A DNA stretch of 64,000 nucleotides, taken from assembly GCA_964361405.1 (NCBI GenBank), contig CAYIAA010000002.1, positions 5,299-69,298 of the forward strand, read 5' to 3'. The DNA is from an uncultured Candidatus Saccharibacteria bacterium. GTDB taxonomy: Bacteria; Patescibacteriota; Minisyncoccia; Phycocordibacterales; UBA3531. Both the position numbers and the translations under genes were made by a program. The notes under the pieces are model-generated. The model worked only from the letters and a program-made list of their open reading frames with translations. It searched no databases and had not been told where the DNA came from. Positions 37,152-45,566 of this stretch are shown here, in pieces; the first letter of the stretch is position 1; each line of letters begins with the position of its first letter.

Positions 37152-37262
37152 ACTCCCCGTAGCCCCGACGCAAGGTCGGGGTCCCGACTATAACGTCGGG
37201 ATTCAATGGACTCGATAAGCAATGTGCTGACACCCCGGTATTTTGCTATAGTCTGAAATGTT
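37152..37262 (+). repeat. degenerate tRNA-Arg 5' fragment with two CCCGAC/GTCGGG hairpins
   Basis: ACTCCCCGTAG (37152-37162) and TTCAATGGA copy the tRNA 5' acceptor and D-loop; hairpins CCCCGAC-gcaag-GTCGGGG (37163-37181) and CCCGAC-tataac-GTCGGG (37183-37200). Confidence 0.45.
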
Positions 37263-37264
37263 TC

Positions 37265-37336
37265 CTCCCCGTAGTTCAATGGATAGAACAAGGGACTCCT
37301 AAGCCCTAGATGCAGGTTCGATTCCTGCCGGGGGGA
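37265..37336 (+). tRNA. tRNA-Arg (anticodon CCT)
   Basis: Acceptor CTCCCCG/CGGGGGG (U2:G71), D-arm GTTC-AATGGATA-GAAC, anticodon loop CTCCTAA, T-arm GCAGG-TTCGATT-CCTGC; A31-G39 mismatch in the anticodon stem. Confidence 0.75.
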
Positions 37337-37454
37337 GCGAAGCGAGCCGCGGAGAAAACCCCAAGGGAGTTTTCGTCAAGAATCGAAGGCCGGACCCCGA
37401 CCTGTCGGGGGAGGCGGGGTCGCGACTTCCCGCAGTGGCGGGAAAGTTGTGACT

Positions 37455-37471
37455 GATTCCTGCCGGGGGGA
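37455..37471 (+). repeat. 17-nt direct repeat of the tRNA-Arg 3' end (att-like)
   Basis: GATTCCTGCCGGGGGGA is identical to 37320-37336; a third hairpin CCCCGA-cctg-TCGGGG (37395-37410) lies between the copies. Confidence 0.6.
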
Positions 37472-37513
37472 TGTTTGAAATGACAATTAGTTTTGCTAGA
37501 ATGAGTGTAGCCT

Positions 37514-37789
37514 ATGTCTGATGAAGGAATAGAGGCCCTAGTGCGTGAAAACCTTGCGTTAAGCCAGGAGAACCACCGCCTCCTTAAAAAGCTCTACAAT
37601 CAAGCGCGTATCTCACGGGCAGTGAAATCTCTGTACTGGCTTTTCATTATCGGATCCGCATTCGGAGCTTACTATTTTCTTCAGCCGTACCTCGAAACGC
37701 TTATGAGCACGTACGAAAAGGCAAACAGCATTCTCGAGGATCCCCGTTCATTTCTTCCCGGAAATGTTATCGATGGAGGGGCTCAGTAA
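37514..37789 (+). CDS. hypothetical small membrane protein (91 aa)
   Basis: -10-like TAGAAT upstream; one TM (LYWLFIIGSAFGAYYFL). Confidence 0.35.
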   Translation: MSDEGIEALVRENLALSQENHRLLKKLYNQARISRAVKSLYWLFIIGSAFGAYYFLQPYLETLMSTYEKANSILEDPRSFLPGNVIDGGAQ

Positions 37790-37804
37790 GAGAAACTGTT
37801 TTTT

Positions 37805-37877
37805 CGCTGGGATAGCTCAGTTGGTAGAGCATCTGCCTGAAGAGCAGAGGGTCGGCAGTTCGAGCCTGCCTCCCAGC
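37805..37877 (+). tRNA. tRNA-Phe (anticodon GAA)
   Basis: GCTGGGA-TA-GCTC-AGTTGGTA-GAGC, anticodon loop CTGAAGA, T-arm GGCAG-TTCGAGC-CTGCC, acceptor TCCCAGC + A. Confidence 0.9.
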
Positions 37878-37996
37878 ACATTCAGTCCAAGGCCGACCAA
37901 TCTTGGGTTGGGATACATGTAAACTCATTGTGCTACTTTCTATCGGGTCGAAGAGTAACACATTAGTAAGTTATTTATTCTGAATATAGAGAAAAT

Positions 37997-38245
37997 ATGG
38001 AAAAAGAAATAGGCAAGGTTACGCATTGGTACAATAAAATTTCCGTCGCCGTTATCAAGCTCACCGGAGGGCTTAAGACTGGAGACACAATCAAAGTGAA
38101 ACACGGAGAAGAAGAATCTGAAGAGACCGTTTCGTCGATGCAGATTGATCACGAGGCAGTGGAATCTGCTAAAAAAGGAGATGAAGTTGCCGTCAAACTT
38201 TCAGGCGAAGCGCGGGACGGCTCCACAGTTTTCAAAGTTTCATAA
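37997..38245 (+). CDS. small beta-barrel protein resembling EF-Tu domain 2
   Basis: GKVTHWYNKISVAVIKLTGGLKTGDTIKV ... VSSMQIDHEAVESAKKGDEVAVKL (translation-factor domain II pattern). Confidence 0.4.
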   Translation: MEKEIGKVTHWYNKISVAVIKLTGGLKTGDTIKVKHGEEESEETVSSMQIDHEAVESAKKGDEVAVKLSGEARDGSTVFKVS

Positions 38246-38333
38246 TTTCTCGACTACTCACTTTTACGTTTTCAAAAACACCTCTCTCTTTTTTTGGCAG
38301 GGGTGTTTTTGAAATGGGAGGTGACGTATCCGT

Positions 38334-38792
38334 TTAGCTTGATTTAACTCTCACTTTTTGGATTCTTTCTTTGTCTATTTTTGGAAGTCGGATAGTGAGG
38401 AGGCCTTGTTTTTCGGTTGCCTCGGCGCTCTCGGCGTCCACTTCCTGCGGCAAGAGGATACTCCGAGAGAATGATCCCCAGTAGAGCTCTTTGAGGAAAT
38501 AGTCGTTTTCGAGGGCCGTGGTTTCGGCCTGGCGTTTACCTTGAATCGTCACCATCTCTCGCGAAATGGTTATCTGGAGGTCTTCGGGTTTAACGCCGGC
38601 AACCATAGTTTTGACAATGATTGCGTCCGGCGTTTGGTGGACGTCTACCAAGAGTTGTCCTTCGTCGGCCTCGGTTTCCATCCAATCCGTGCGTTTAGAC
38701 GGTTTGCCGCTCGCCCCGAGCACGGTACTATCGTCTTCAATGTGGATGCTTCCTGTGAGTCGTTCGAAAAAAGAGCGTTTGTTCCTCGGCAT
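38334..38792 (-). CDS. Hsp20/alpha-crystallin small heat-shock protein
   Basis: ACD pattern DVHQTPDAIIVKTMVAGVKPEDLQITI ... GLLTIRLPK. Confidence 0.85.
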   Translation of the reverse strand: MPRNKRSFFERLTGSIHIEDDSTVLGASGKPSKRTDWMETEADEGQLLVDVHQTPDAIIVKTMVAGVKPEDLQITISREMVTIQGKRQAETTALENDYFLKELYWGSFSRSILLPQEVDAESAEATEKQGLLTIRLPKIDKERIQKVRVKSS

Positions 38793-38794
38793 AC

Positions 38795-39526
38795 TTAGGA
38801 GATATGTTTTAAGTGTTTAATTTTTTGAAATACACCAATCAGAATAAAGGTGATGAACCAGAGAAATGCGAACGTGAGAATCGTCACTACCCCTTCACCT
38901 CCTTTCAGTATAAAGAAATTAAATACCGCGTGCAAGAGAATGACACTTCCAAGTCCCGTTGCGATTGCCGTCGTATGTCGCTTTTTCCAGAAGGTGTAGG
39001 CAAGGAACCCTCCGAGGAGTCCGGAACTTACCACATGGAGAAGTGTTGCTCCAACGAAGCGAAGGCTTCCGGAGTAGACGAGGAGATTTACGCCGAAGTG
39101 GAGGGTGAGTCCTCGTTCGACGAAGAGGGCATTTTCGAATGCGGCGAAGCCGAGCGCCGCAGAGATAAGGTAAATCATTGTATCGACCGGCTCGTCGAAA
39201 TCTTTATTGTGGCGGAAGCTTGAGAGGTATGCGGCGGCTAATTTTACGCTCTCTTCCACGGCCGCGAAAGCGAGTAGTGCAGGAAAACTGAAATCAAGGT
39301 TGCCCAGCTGGTTTGTGGCAGAGTATCCCAAGAATTCCGCAATGATGCGCTCTATGAGAAGTGCCACGGGAACGAGGAGTGCTCCGGCAGCAAATGCTTT
39401 GAATATTCTCCGTTTTGGCTCGGGGTGTTTTTCATCTTCGAGGAGCCAGAGAAAAAGCCATATCAGCGCAGGAAGAACACCGCCGAGGAATGCGAATGAA
39501 AATGTCTCGGTGAATGTTTGATGCAT
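38795..39526 (-). CDS. prsW: PrsW-family intramembrane glutamic protease
   Basis: EESVK (EExxK), FAAFENALF (FxxxE) and HxxxN-like motifs across 6-7 TM segments. Confidence 0.7.
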   Translation of the reverse strand: MHQTFTETFSFAFLGGVLPALIWLFLWLLEDEKHPEPKRRIFKAFAAGALLVPVALLIERIIAEFLGYSATNQLGNLDFSFPALLAFAAVEESVKLAAAYLSSFRHNKDFDEPVDTMIYLISAALGFAAFENALFVERGLTLHFGVNLLVYSGSLRFVGATLLHVVSSGLLGGFLAYTFWKKRHTTAIATGLGSVILLHAVFNFFILKGGEGVVTILTFAFLWFITFILIGVFQKIKHLKHIS

Positions 39527-39536
39527 AGCGCGCTTG

Positions 39537-41684
39537 TTATGTCTTTGGCCAGGATTCGATCATGAGAAGCCCACTCACGCCGGGTAACATGCTCCAGATT
39601 TCTTCGGTGATGAAGGGCATAAAAGGATGGAGAAGTTTTAATATGTCGGTGAGAATCTGCAAAAGGAGTGCCTGGCGAGAGCGTTTTTCCTCCTTGCTCC
39701 CGTCTTTCAAGATTAGTTTACTTTCCTCGAGAATCGTATCCGCAAAAGTATGCCAGACATAATGATAGAGTTTTTCACCGGCCAGGTAGAAACGGTACTC
39801 GTCAATATCTTTGGTGATATCCTGAACGACTCCACGAAATTCCTCAATCCGTTGTGTATCGTTTTTGGTATACTCGGAAGTAATTCCTTCAGCGGAAGAA
39901 GTGTTTTCGAGAACAAATCGCGCGACATTCCAGAGTTTATTTGCGAAGAGCTTATAACCCCGAATTTTTTCTTCATAGAGGGCAGTCGTCGTGCCGGGAG
40001 TGTTTCCAATAATGAGACCCATGCGGAGCGCATCAGTTCCATACTTTTTAGCGAGTAGGATGGGGTCTATAACATTTCCCTTGCTCTTACTCATTTTTTG
40101 ACCGTCTTTCGCGGTTACAATCCCATGAAGATAGACGATATTGAATGGAACTTTCTTCGTCCGGTAGAGCCCGAGCATAATCATCCGCGCAACCCAGAAA
40201 AAAATAATTTCCCCTGCGGTTTCCATGACCTGGGTCGGGTAGAAGGTTTTGAAATCAGCATTGTCTGGGTATCCAAGGGTCGCAAATGGCCACTGCCCGG
40301 ACGAAAACCATGTGTCGAACGTGTCGGTATCTTTACTCCACTCGCCACCCGAGGGCTCGCCCGTGGGAGCTACGCCCGAGGGTGGCGATTCTCCGACGAA
40401 AATATCGGGCGGTTTTCCTGTCCCTCTCTCTCGATACCATGCAGGGATAGGAATGCCCCAGACGATTTGACGTGAAATATTCCAGTCCTCGATTGAGCGG
40501 AGCCAATGAAGGACTATTTTTTTATAGTGCTCGGGATAAAAGACGATTTCTCCACTCTCAATCGCCCGTATTGCGGGCTCGGCGAGCGGACCCATCGTAA
40601 CGAACCACTGCGGAAGTATGCGCGGCTCAAGCACTCTGCCGCACTTGTAGCAGAGTTTGACGCTGTGTTTGTATGTTACATCAACCTTCTCAAGGAGACC
40701 GGCCTTCTCGAGGTCGGCTACCACTTTCTTTCGCGCTTCGGAGACACTAAGGCCTTCATACTTCCCGCACCGACTGTTCAATTTTCCGTACTGGTCGATG
40801 ACCTCAAGAGTGGGAAGATTGTGCCGCTGTGCCACGTCGAAGTCGTTCGGATCGTGAGCCGGTGTGATTTTCACGACCCCTGTCCCAAATGTAGGGTCGA
40901 CGTAGTCGTCGGCGATGACTTTGAGTTTGACCGGACCAATCAATCCTTGAAACTCAATCTCTTTGCCAACCCATTCTTTATAGCGCTCGTCATTCGGGTT
41001 CACGGCAAGAGCTGTATCGCCGAATTTGGTTTCCGGACGCACGGTGGCGATTGTAAATGGCCCGTAGCGCATATAGTAGAGTGGGTCGGTGCGCTCCTCT
41101 GCTGTCGTTTCGAGTTCAGAGAGGGATGTTTGATGTTTGGTACACCAGTTCACACTCCGTTCTCCACGGTAGGCGAGGCCTTCACGATAGAGTTCCTCGA
41201 AAGTTTTGTAGACGGTTTTTACAATGTCGGGGTCGAGGGTGAACTTCTCGCGGCTCCAGTCGCACGATGCCCCCAGCTGTCGCAATTGATTTTCCATAAA
41301 CGTTTTGTTGGCAAGCGTAAACTCAAGGATCTCCGCACGGAGCTTGTCGGGGTCCATTCCGAAGCGCGTCCGACCTTGTTTTTCCAACTCTTTTTCATAC
41401 ACAACCTGTGTTTCAAATCCCGCGTGGTCGGCTCCCGGGAGCCAGAGCGGTTTTTTCCCCTGCATCCGCTGGTAGCGGATAATCAGATCTTCAATGGCAA
41501 CGAAGACACCGTGGCCTGCGTGGAGCGACCCATTCGCGTTCGGCGGAGGCATGATGATGGTGAACGGTTCCTGGTGCCGCGGGGGGAGTTTGTCGGGGTT
41601 AAAAAAACCGCTCTCTTCCCAGAGTCGGTAGATATTTGGTTCAGTTGTGATGGGGTCGTAGGGTTTCCGGAGACGTTCGTTCAT
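39537..41684 (-). CDS. valS: valyl-tRNA synthetase (short, 715 aa)
   Basis: HAGHG (HIGH), KMSKSKGN, GTGVVKITPAHDPNDF editing-domain signature. Confidence 0.9.
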   Translation of the reverse strand: MNERLRKPYDPITTEPNIYRLWEESGFFNPDKLPPRHQEPFTIIMPPPNANGSLHAGHGVFVAIEDLIIRYQRMQGKKPLWLPGADHAGFETQVVYEKELEKQGRTRFGMDPDKLRAEILEFTLANKTFMENQLRQLGASCDWSREKFTLDPDIVKTVYKTFEELYREGLAYRGERSVNWCTKHQTSLSELETTAEERTDPLYYMRYGPFTIATVRPETKFGDTALAVNPNDERYKEWVGKEIEFQGLIGPVKLKVIADDYVDPTFGTGVVKITPAHDPNDFDVAQRHNLPTLEVIDQYGKLNSRCGKYEGLSVSEARKKVVADLEKAGLLEKVDVTYKHSVKLCYKCGRVLEPRILPQWFVTMGPLAEPAIRAIESGEIVFYPEHYKKIVLHWLRSIEDWNISRQIVWGIPIPAWYRERGTGKPPDIFVGESPPSGVAPTGEPSGGEWSKDTDTFDTWFSSGQWPFATLGYPDNADFKTFYPTQVMETAGEIIFFWVARMIMLGLYRTKKVPFNIVYLHGIVTAKDGQKMSKSKGNVIDPILLAKKYGTDALRMGLIIGNTPGTTTALYEEKIRGYKLFANKLWNVARFVLENTSSAEGITSEYTKNDTQRIEEFRGVVQDITKDIDEYRFYLAGEKLYHYVWHTFADTILEESKLILKDGSKEEKRSRQALLLQILTDILKLLHPFMPFITEEIWSMLPGVSGLLMIESWPKT

Positions 41685-41708
41685 CTCGTGATGATAGCAA
41701 AAAAGGTT

Positions 41709-42857
41709 CTAACGTAAAACCAATACGCCGCGGGCTTCGAGCTCTTCCTCCGGCCCTTGCGACTCGCCGCTCTCGCGCCGGAGATATCCAGCCGCCGCGA
41801 TCATAGTAGCGTTGTCGGTTGCGTGAGCGGGTGCAGGAAAGAGAACTGGAATGCCATCTTTTTCAAATTCACGCGCAAAGGTCTCCCGAATGCGGCGGTT
41901 TGCCGAGACTCCGCCGCCAACGATGAGGGTCTTTACATCGTGTCGTCGTGCTGCGATGCGCGTTTTCATAAGGAGAACGTCAGTGACTGCTCGTTCAAAT
42001 TCCTCTGCAATGTCAGCTTTGATTGCATCGGTCAATGTCGGGATTTTCTTAACCGCATAGAGAACGGCGGTTTTGAGTCCCGAGAAAGAAAAGTCGAGGT
42101 TGCCACTCCCCGCCATCGGTCGAGGCAAATGAATGAGAAACTTACCCGTGGCGCTCTCCGCAAGTTTTGAAATCTCCGGGCCGCCGGGATAGGGGAGTCC
42201 TAATATTCGCGCAACTTTGTCGAAGGCTTCCCCCACTGCATCATCCCGTGTCTCACCGAGGAGTACGTATTGGCACCAGCCGTGGAGGAGAACGAGCTCG
42301 GTGTGCCCGCCGCTAATAAGGAGGGCAAGTGCTGGAAATATCACCTGCTCGCCTTCCAGGAGCGCTGAAACGAGATGTCCTTCCATGTGGTTTGTTGGAA
42401 TAATACGTTTTTCCCAGAGGACGGCGAGTGCACGCGCGAAGTTGATGCCAACCCAGAGGGCGGGTTCGAGTCCGGGGCCACGGGTTACGGCAATAGCGTC
42501 GATGTACGGGATAGAGATACGAGCCGTGAAGGAAAGAAGTTGATCGGCAAGACCCTCTTCGCGAGAGAGAATTGTGCGTACCATTTCTTCTCTTTCTTGA
42601 CTTGTTTTGACCCGCTCACCGTTTGGGGGTAGGTTCGCATTTTCCAATGCTTTTTCGAGAAGCCTTACGAGATGTTTCACATGTTCGCGTTTTGCGAGTG
42701 TAGGCACCACGCCGCCGAAGGGGGCATGGGTTTTTGTCTGAGAGAACGTGACCTCCGAGAGTATATGAAATTGCGGACTTAAAAGCCCACCTGATCCTTT
42801 CACGATGGCAATCGCCGTCTCATCACAACTTGTTTCAATGCCGAGAATGATTTTCAT
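41709..42857 (-). CDS. tsaD: tRNA N6-adenosine threonylcarbamoyltransferase TsaD
   Basis: ILGIETSCDETAIAIV, GGVVPTLAKREH, HMEGH metal site; about 40-aa C-terminal extension. Confidence 0.85.
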   Translation of the reverse strand: MKIILGIETSCDETAIAIVKGSGGLLSPQFHILSEVTFSQTKTHAPFGGVVPTLAKREHVKHLVRLLEKALENANLPPNGERVKTSQEREEMVRTILSREEGLADQLLSFTARISIPYIDAIAVTRGPGLEPALWVGINFARALAVLWEKRIIPTNHMEGHLVSALLEGEQVIFPALALLISGGHTELVLLHGWCQYVLLGETRDDAVGEAFDKVARILGLPYPGGPEISKLAESATGKFLIHLPRPMAGSGNLDFSFSGLKTAVLYAVKKIPTLTDAIKADIAEEFERAVTDVLLMKTRIAARRHDVKTLIVGGGVSANRRIRETFAREFEKDGIPVLFPAPAHATDNATMIAAAGYLRRESGESQGPEEELEARGVLVLR

Positions 42858-42865
42858 GTGGGATG

Positions 42866-42939
42866 TGAGCCCGGGCCGAGTCGAACGGCCGACCTTTACG
42901 ATGTCAACGTAACGCTCTAACCAACTGAGCTACGGGCTC
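42866..42939 (-). tRNA. tRNA-Val (anticodon GAC)
   Basis: Reverse-complement cloverleaf: GAGCCCG-TA-GCTC-AGTTGGTTA-GAGC, anticodon loop TTGACAT, T-arm GGCCG-TTCGACT-CGGCC. Confidence 0.85.
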
Positions 42940-42941
42940 TC

Positions 42942-43013
42942 TGACCCTACCGGGAGTCGAACCCGGATTTACGCCTTGAAAGAGCGCTGTCCTAACCGTT
43001 AGACGATAGGGCC
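42942..43013 (-). tRNA. tRNA-Glu (anticodon TTC)
   Basis: Reverse complement: GGCCCTA-TC-GTCT-AACGGTTA-GGAC, anticodon loop CTTTCAA, T-arm CGGGT-TCGACTC-CCGGT. Confidence 0.85.
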
Positions 43014-43074
43014 TTATCGCGAACTATATCCTATTCACGAAGCGCGTACAAATATGGTACGGTTCATTCTGTGA

Positions 43075-43164
43075 GGAGGCGTGGCTGAGAGGTTGAAGGC
43101 GCCACACTCGAAATGTGGTATTCGGGGAACCGGATCGGAGGTTCGAATCCTCCCGCCTCCGCCA
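43075..43164 (+). tRNA. tRNA-Ser (anticodon CGA), CCA encoded
   Basis: Acceptor GGAGGCG/CGCCTCC, anticodon stem CCACA/TGTGG, loop CTCGAAA, long variable arm, T-arm GGAGG-TTCGAAT-CCTCC, 3' GCCA; end anchored to the downstream ATG. Confidence 0.85.
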
Positions 43165-43166
43165 AA

Positions 43167-43649
43167 ATGTTAAAAATAAAACCGTTCAAACAAAAACCTT
43201 CATCCTGCGGACCAGCGTCATTAAAAATGGTGCTGGGATATTACGGAGTTACAAAAAGCGAGAAAGAGTTGGGAAGATTATCCGGGTGCACCAAAGCTCA
43301 CGGCACCAAAACCAAAGGCTTGCTTAAAGCTGCCAAGCACTCCGGTTTTACAGGATTCATAAAAGACTTTTCGGACATTAAGGATATACGGCATTACGTA
43401 ACAAAGAAAAAGATACCGGTCATCGTAAACTGGTTTTCGGTAAGCGAAGGGCACTATAGCGTGGTGGCGGGCATAGATAAAGAGAAAATCTATTTAGAAG
43501 ACCCCGAATTCGGACGTATGCGGTCAATGCGACTCAATGATTTCAAGGCCGTCTGGTTTGATTTTTCGTCGCCTTGGCTGAAATCAAAGAGTGATTTGGT
43601 GATACGGAGAATGCCCGTAGTAGTCCCTAAAACGAAAAAGCTTGGTTAG
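43167..43649 (+). CDS. peptidase C39-like (papain-fold cysteine peptidase) domain protein
   Basis: QKPSSCGPASLKMVLGYYG (catalytic Cys region) and GHYSVVAGID (His region); ATG 2 nt after the tRNA CCA. Confidence 0.6.
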   Translation: MLKIKPFKQKPSSCGPASLKMVLGYYGVTKSEKELGRLSGCTKAHGTKTKGLLKAAKHSGFTGFIKDFSDIKDIRHYVTKKKIPVIVNWFSVSEGHYSVVAGIDKEKIYLEDPEFGRMRSMRLNDFKAVWFDFSSPWLKSKSDLVIRRMPVVVPKTKKLG

Positions 43650-43727
43650 GGATTTAGAATTGATTTTTATTGCTAGCTTTGCTAGCGTACACAAGGAAAC
43701 TGAAAAACCAAAAACAGAAAGGAGGGT

Positions 43728-44198
43728 TTGGTGGAACTCTTGCAAACACCAGTAGAGGAGCTTTTAAGAAGGCTCTTTCAAGGGTCAGTAGAATGGTTTC
43801 GCTTTTTTGCGAAACACTCCCGTTGCGTTCACGGCAAGACCAGGCGCGCTTTCAAGGTCACAGTCCTCGGAGTCGAATGTCAGTTGGAGAAGTCACTCAT
43901 GTGTCCGGTCTGTACGGAGCGCTATCTCAATGAGTTCAGCACGCTCTGTGCCTCGTGCGAGCGACCCATCTTTCCCGGGACACCCGTGGGGAAGGCGGGG
44001 TGGGAGGGTGCAACTCATCCATTCATTCATTTGACGAAAGGGTGTTGTGACACCATGGCTCTTTATTGTGGACGATGGGGTGGAGGTAACCTTATCACGC
44101 TCCACGAATTGGACCCGGAGAAGTACTTGGCAGGAACGTCATCGGTGGCGGAGCACGCCTTCAAGTCCCACCGTGGGGTTATCGAGAACGTGGACTAG
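43728..44198 (+). CDS. Cys-rich (putative zinc-binding) hypothetical protein (156 aa)
   Basis: SD AGGAGG then GTG; C-x-H ... CPVC ... C..C ... CC pattern; GC above local average. Confidence 0.4.
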   Translation: MVELLQTPVEELLRRLFQGSVEWFRFFAKHSRCVHGKTRRAFKVTVLGVECQLEKSLMCPVCTERYLNEFSTLCASCERPIFPGTPVGKAGWEGATHPFIHLTKGCCDTMALYCGRWGGGNLITLHELDPEKYLAGTSSVAEHAFKSHRGVIENVD

Positions 44199-44222
44199 TT
44201 ACAGTACCTCGACCCACATCCT

Positions 44223-44259
44223 AAATGGGGGTCATGTCTCAACGACGTGACCCCCATTT
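44223..44259 (+). terminator. hairpin terminator
   Basis: AAATGGGGGTCA-13 nt loop-TGACCCCCATTT followed by CTTTATG. Confidence 0.45.
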
Positions 44260-44285
44260 CTTTATGAAAGAATTTTTCCCAACCT

Positions 44286-45458
44286 CTATTTTTTTCCTCT
44301 CCTCAAGAATGCCGGGATTGAAGACCAGTCATCCTCTTCTTTTTCCTTTTCTTTGAGTTCTTTAAGTCCATCTTTTCCGATTCCTATTGGGAGAGTTTTT
44401 GGGGTCTCATGTTTCATCTGGCGCCTTTCAATAGGTGCCTCTTTCTCGATAATGGGGACTTGTTTCACTTCCGGTGTATGAAAAACAGCTTTTTTGAACG
44501 TTCCTTCGGGGAATCCCGACGCAATGGCAGTCACCTTAACCTCTCCTTTTTTCAAGCGGTCGTCATGGATGGTACCGAAGATGATTCTCGCATCTTTATC
44601 AACCGACTCGGTAATAACCTTCGCAGCCTCCTGAATTTCAAACATAGTGAGGTCGTCGCCTCCTGCGATTGCGAAGAGCACTCCACGAGCGCCATCAATC
44701 GAGATATCGAGAAGCGGGGAGTTAATTGCCGCGCGCGCGGCTTCTTCGGCGCGTTTCTCTCCCGTGCCATAGCCGATGCCCATTAAGGCAGACCCGGCAT
44801 TCTGGAGCACCGCTTTAATATCGGCGAAGTCGAGGTTAATGACACCTGGCGTGGTGATGAGGTCGGAGATGCCTTCCACTGCACGGCGGAGAATGTCGTC
44901 GCACATGGCAAACGCACTTTTAGCCGTGGTTTCTCGGTCAACCACGGCGAGCAGGCGGTCGTTCGGTATCACGATGAGCGCATCCACACTTTTCTTCAAC
45001 TCATCGAGCCCTTGCTCGGCGAGATACATGCGCTGGGTACCTTCAAAGAAGAACGGTTTTGTAACAACAGCAATGGTAAGAACTCCGGCTTCCTTCGCGG
45101 TCTTGGCAATCACCGGAGCCGCACCGGTACCGGTTCCACCACCCAAGCCGCACGTAACGAAGACCATGTCGGCCCCCTTGATGATGTCTTGAACTTCCTC
45201 AATCGTTTCTTCGGCGGCGCGCTTCCCGAGTTCCGCATTCATTCCGGTTCCCAGACCTTTGGTCAGATTTTTTCCTATGTGAATTTTCTTTGGTGCGAGG
45301 CAGTGATGAAGATCCTGCGCGTCGGTATTGAGTGCGATGAACTCGACGCCTTTCACTTTCGAGCTCACCATATGCGAGGTGGCATTACAGCCGGAGCCAC
45401 CTACTCCGATTACTTTAATGCGTGCAAAAGTTTCCATTTCCGGGTTGATATTAGGCAT
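44286..45458 (-). CDS. ftsZ: cell division GTPase FtsZ
   Basis: GVGGSGCNA, GGGTGTGAAPVIA tubulin signature. Confidence 0.95.
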   Translation of the reverse strand: MPNINPEMETFARIKVIGVGGSGCNATSHMVSSKVKGVEFIALNTDAQDLHHCLAPKKIHIGKNLTKGLGTGMNAELGKRAAEETIEEVQDIIKGADMVFVTCGLGGGTGTGAAPVIAKTAKEAGVLTIAVVTKPFFFEGTQRMYLAEQGLDELKKSVDALIVIPNDRLLAVVDRETTAKSAFAMCDDILRRAVEGISDLITTPGVINLDFADIKAVLQNAGSALMGIGYGTGEKRAEEAARAAINSPLLDISIDGARGVLFAIAGGDDLTMFEIQEAAKVITESVDKDARIIFGTIHDDRLKKGEVKVTAIASGFPEGTFKKAVFHTPEVKQVPIIEKEAPIERRQMKHETPKTLPIGIGKDGLKELKEKEKEEDDWSSIPAFLRRGKK

Positions 45459-45566
45459 ATGTAGACTAACCCACTCTCCACTCTGGGCTGTCCAGAAAAC
45501 GTTTTAGCTTTTCTGTCCATCCGTCGAGGAGAAGCGGTATGGGGAGAGGATAGCAGAGAGAGCAGT

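Noticed and set aside
37152-37262. Possible second tRNA upstream of tRNA-Arg
   Set aside because: Only acceptor-5' and D-loop fragments are present, interrupted by hairpins; no anticodon or T-arm, so it is called a degenerate duplication instead.
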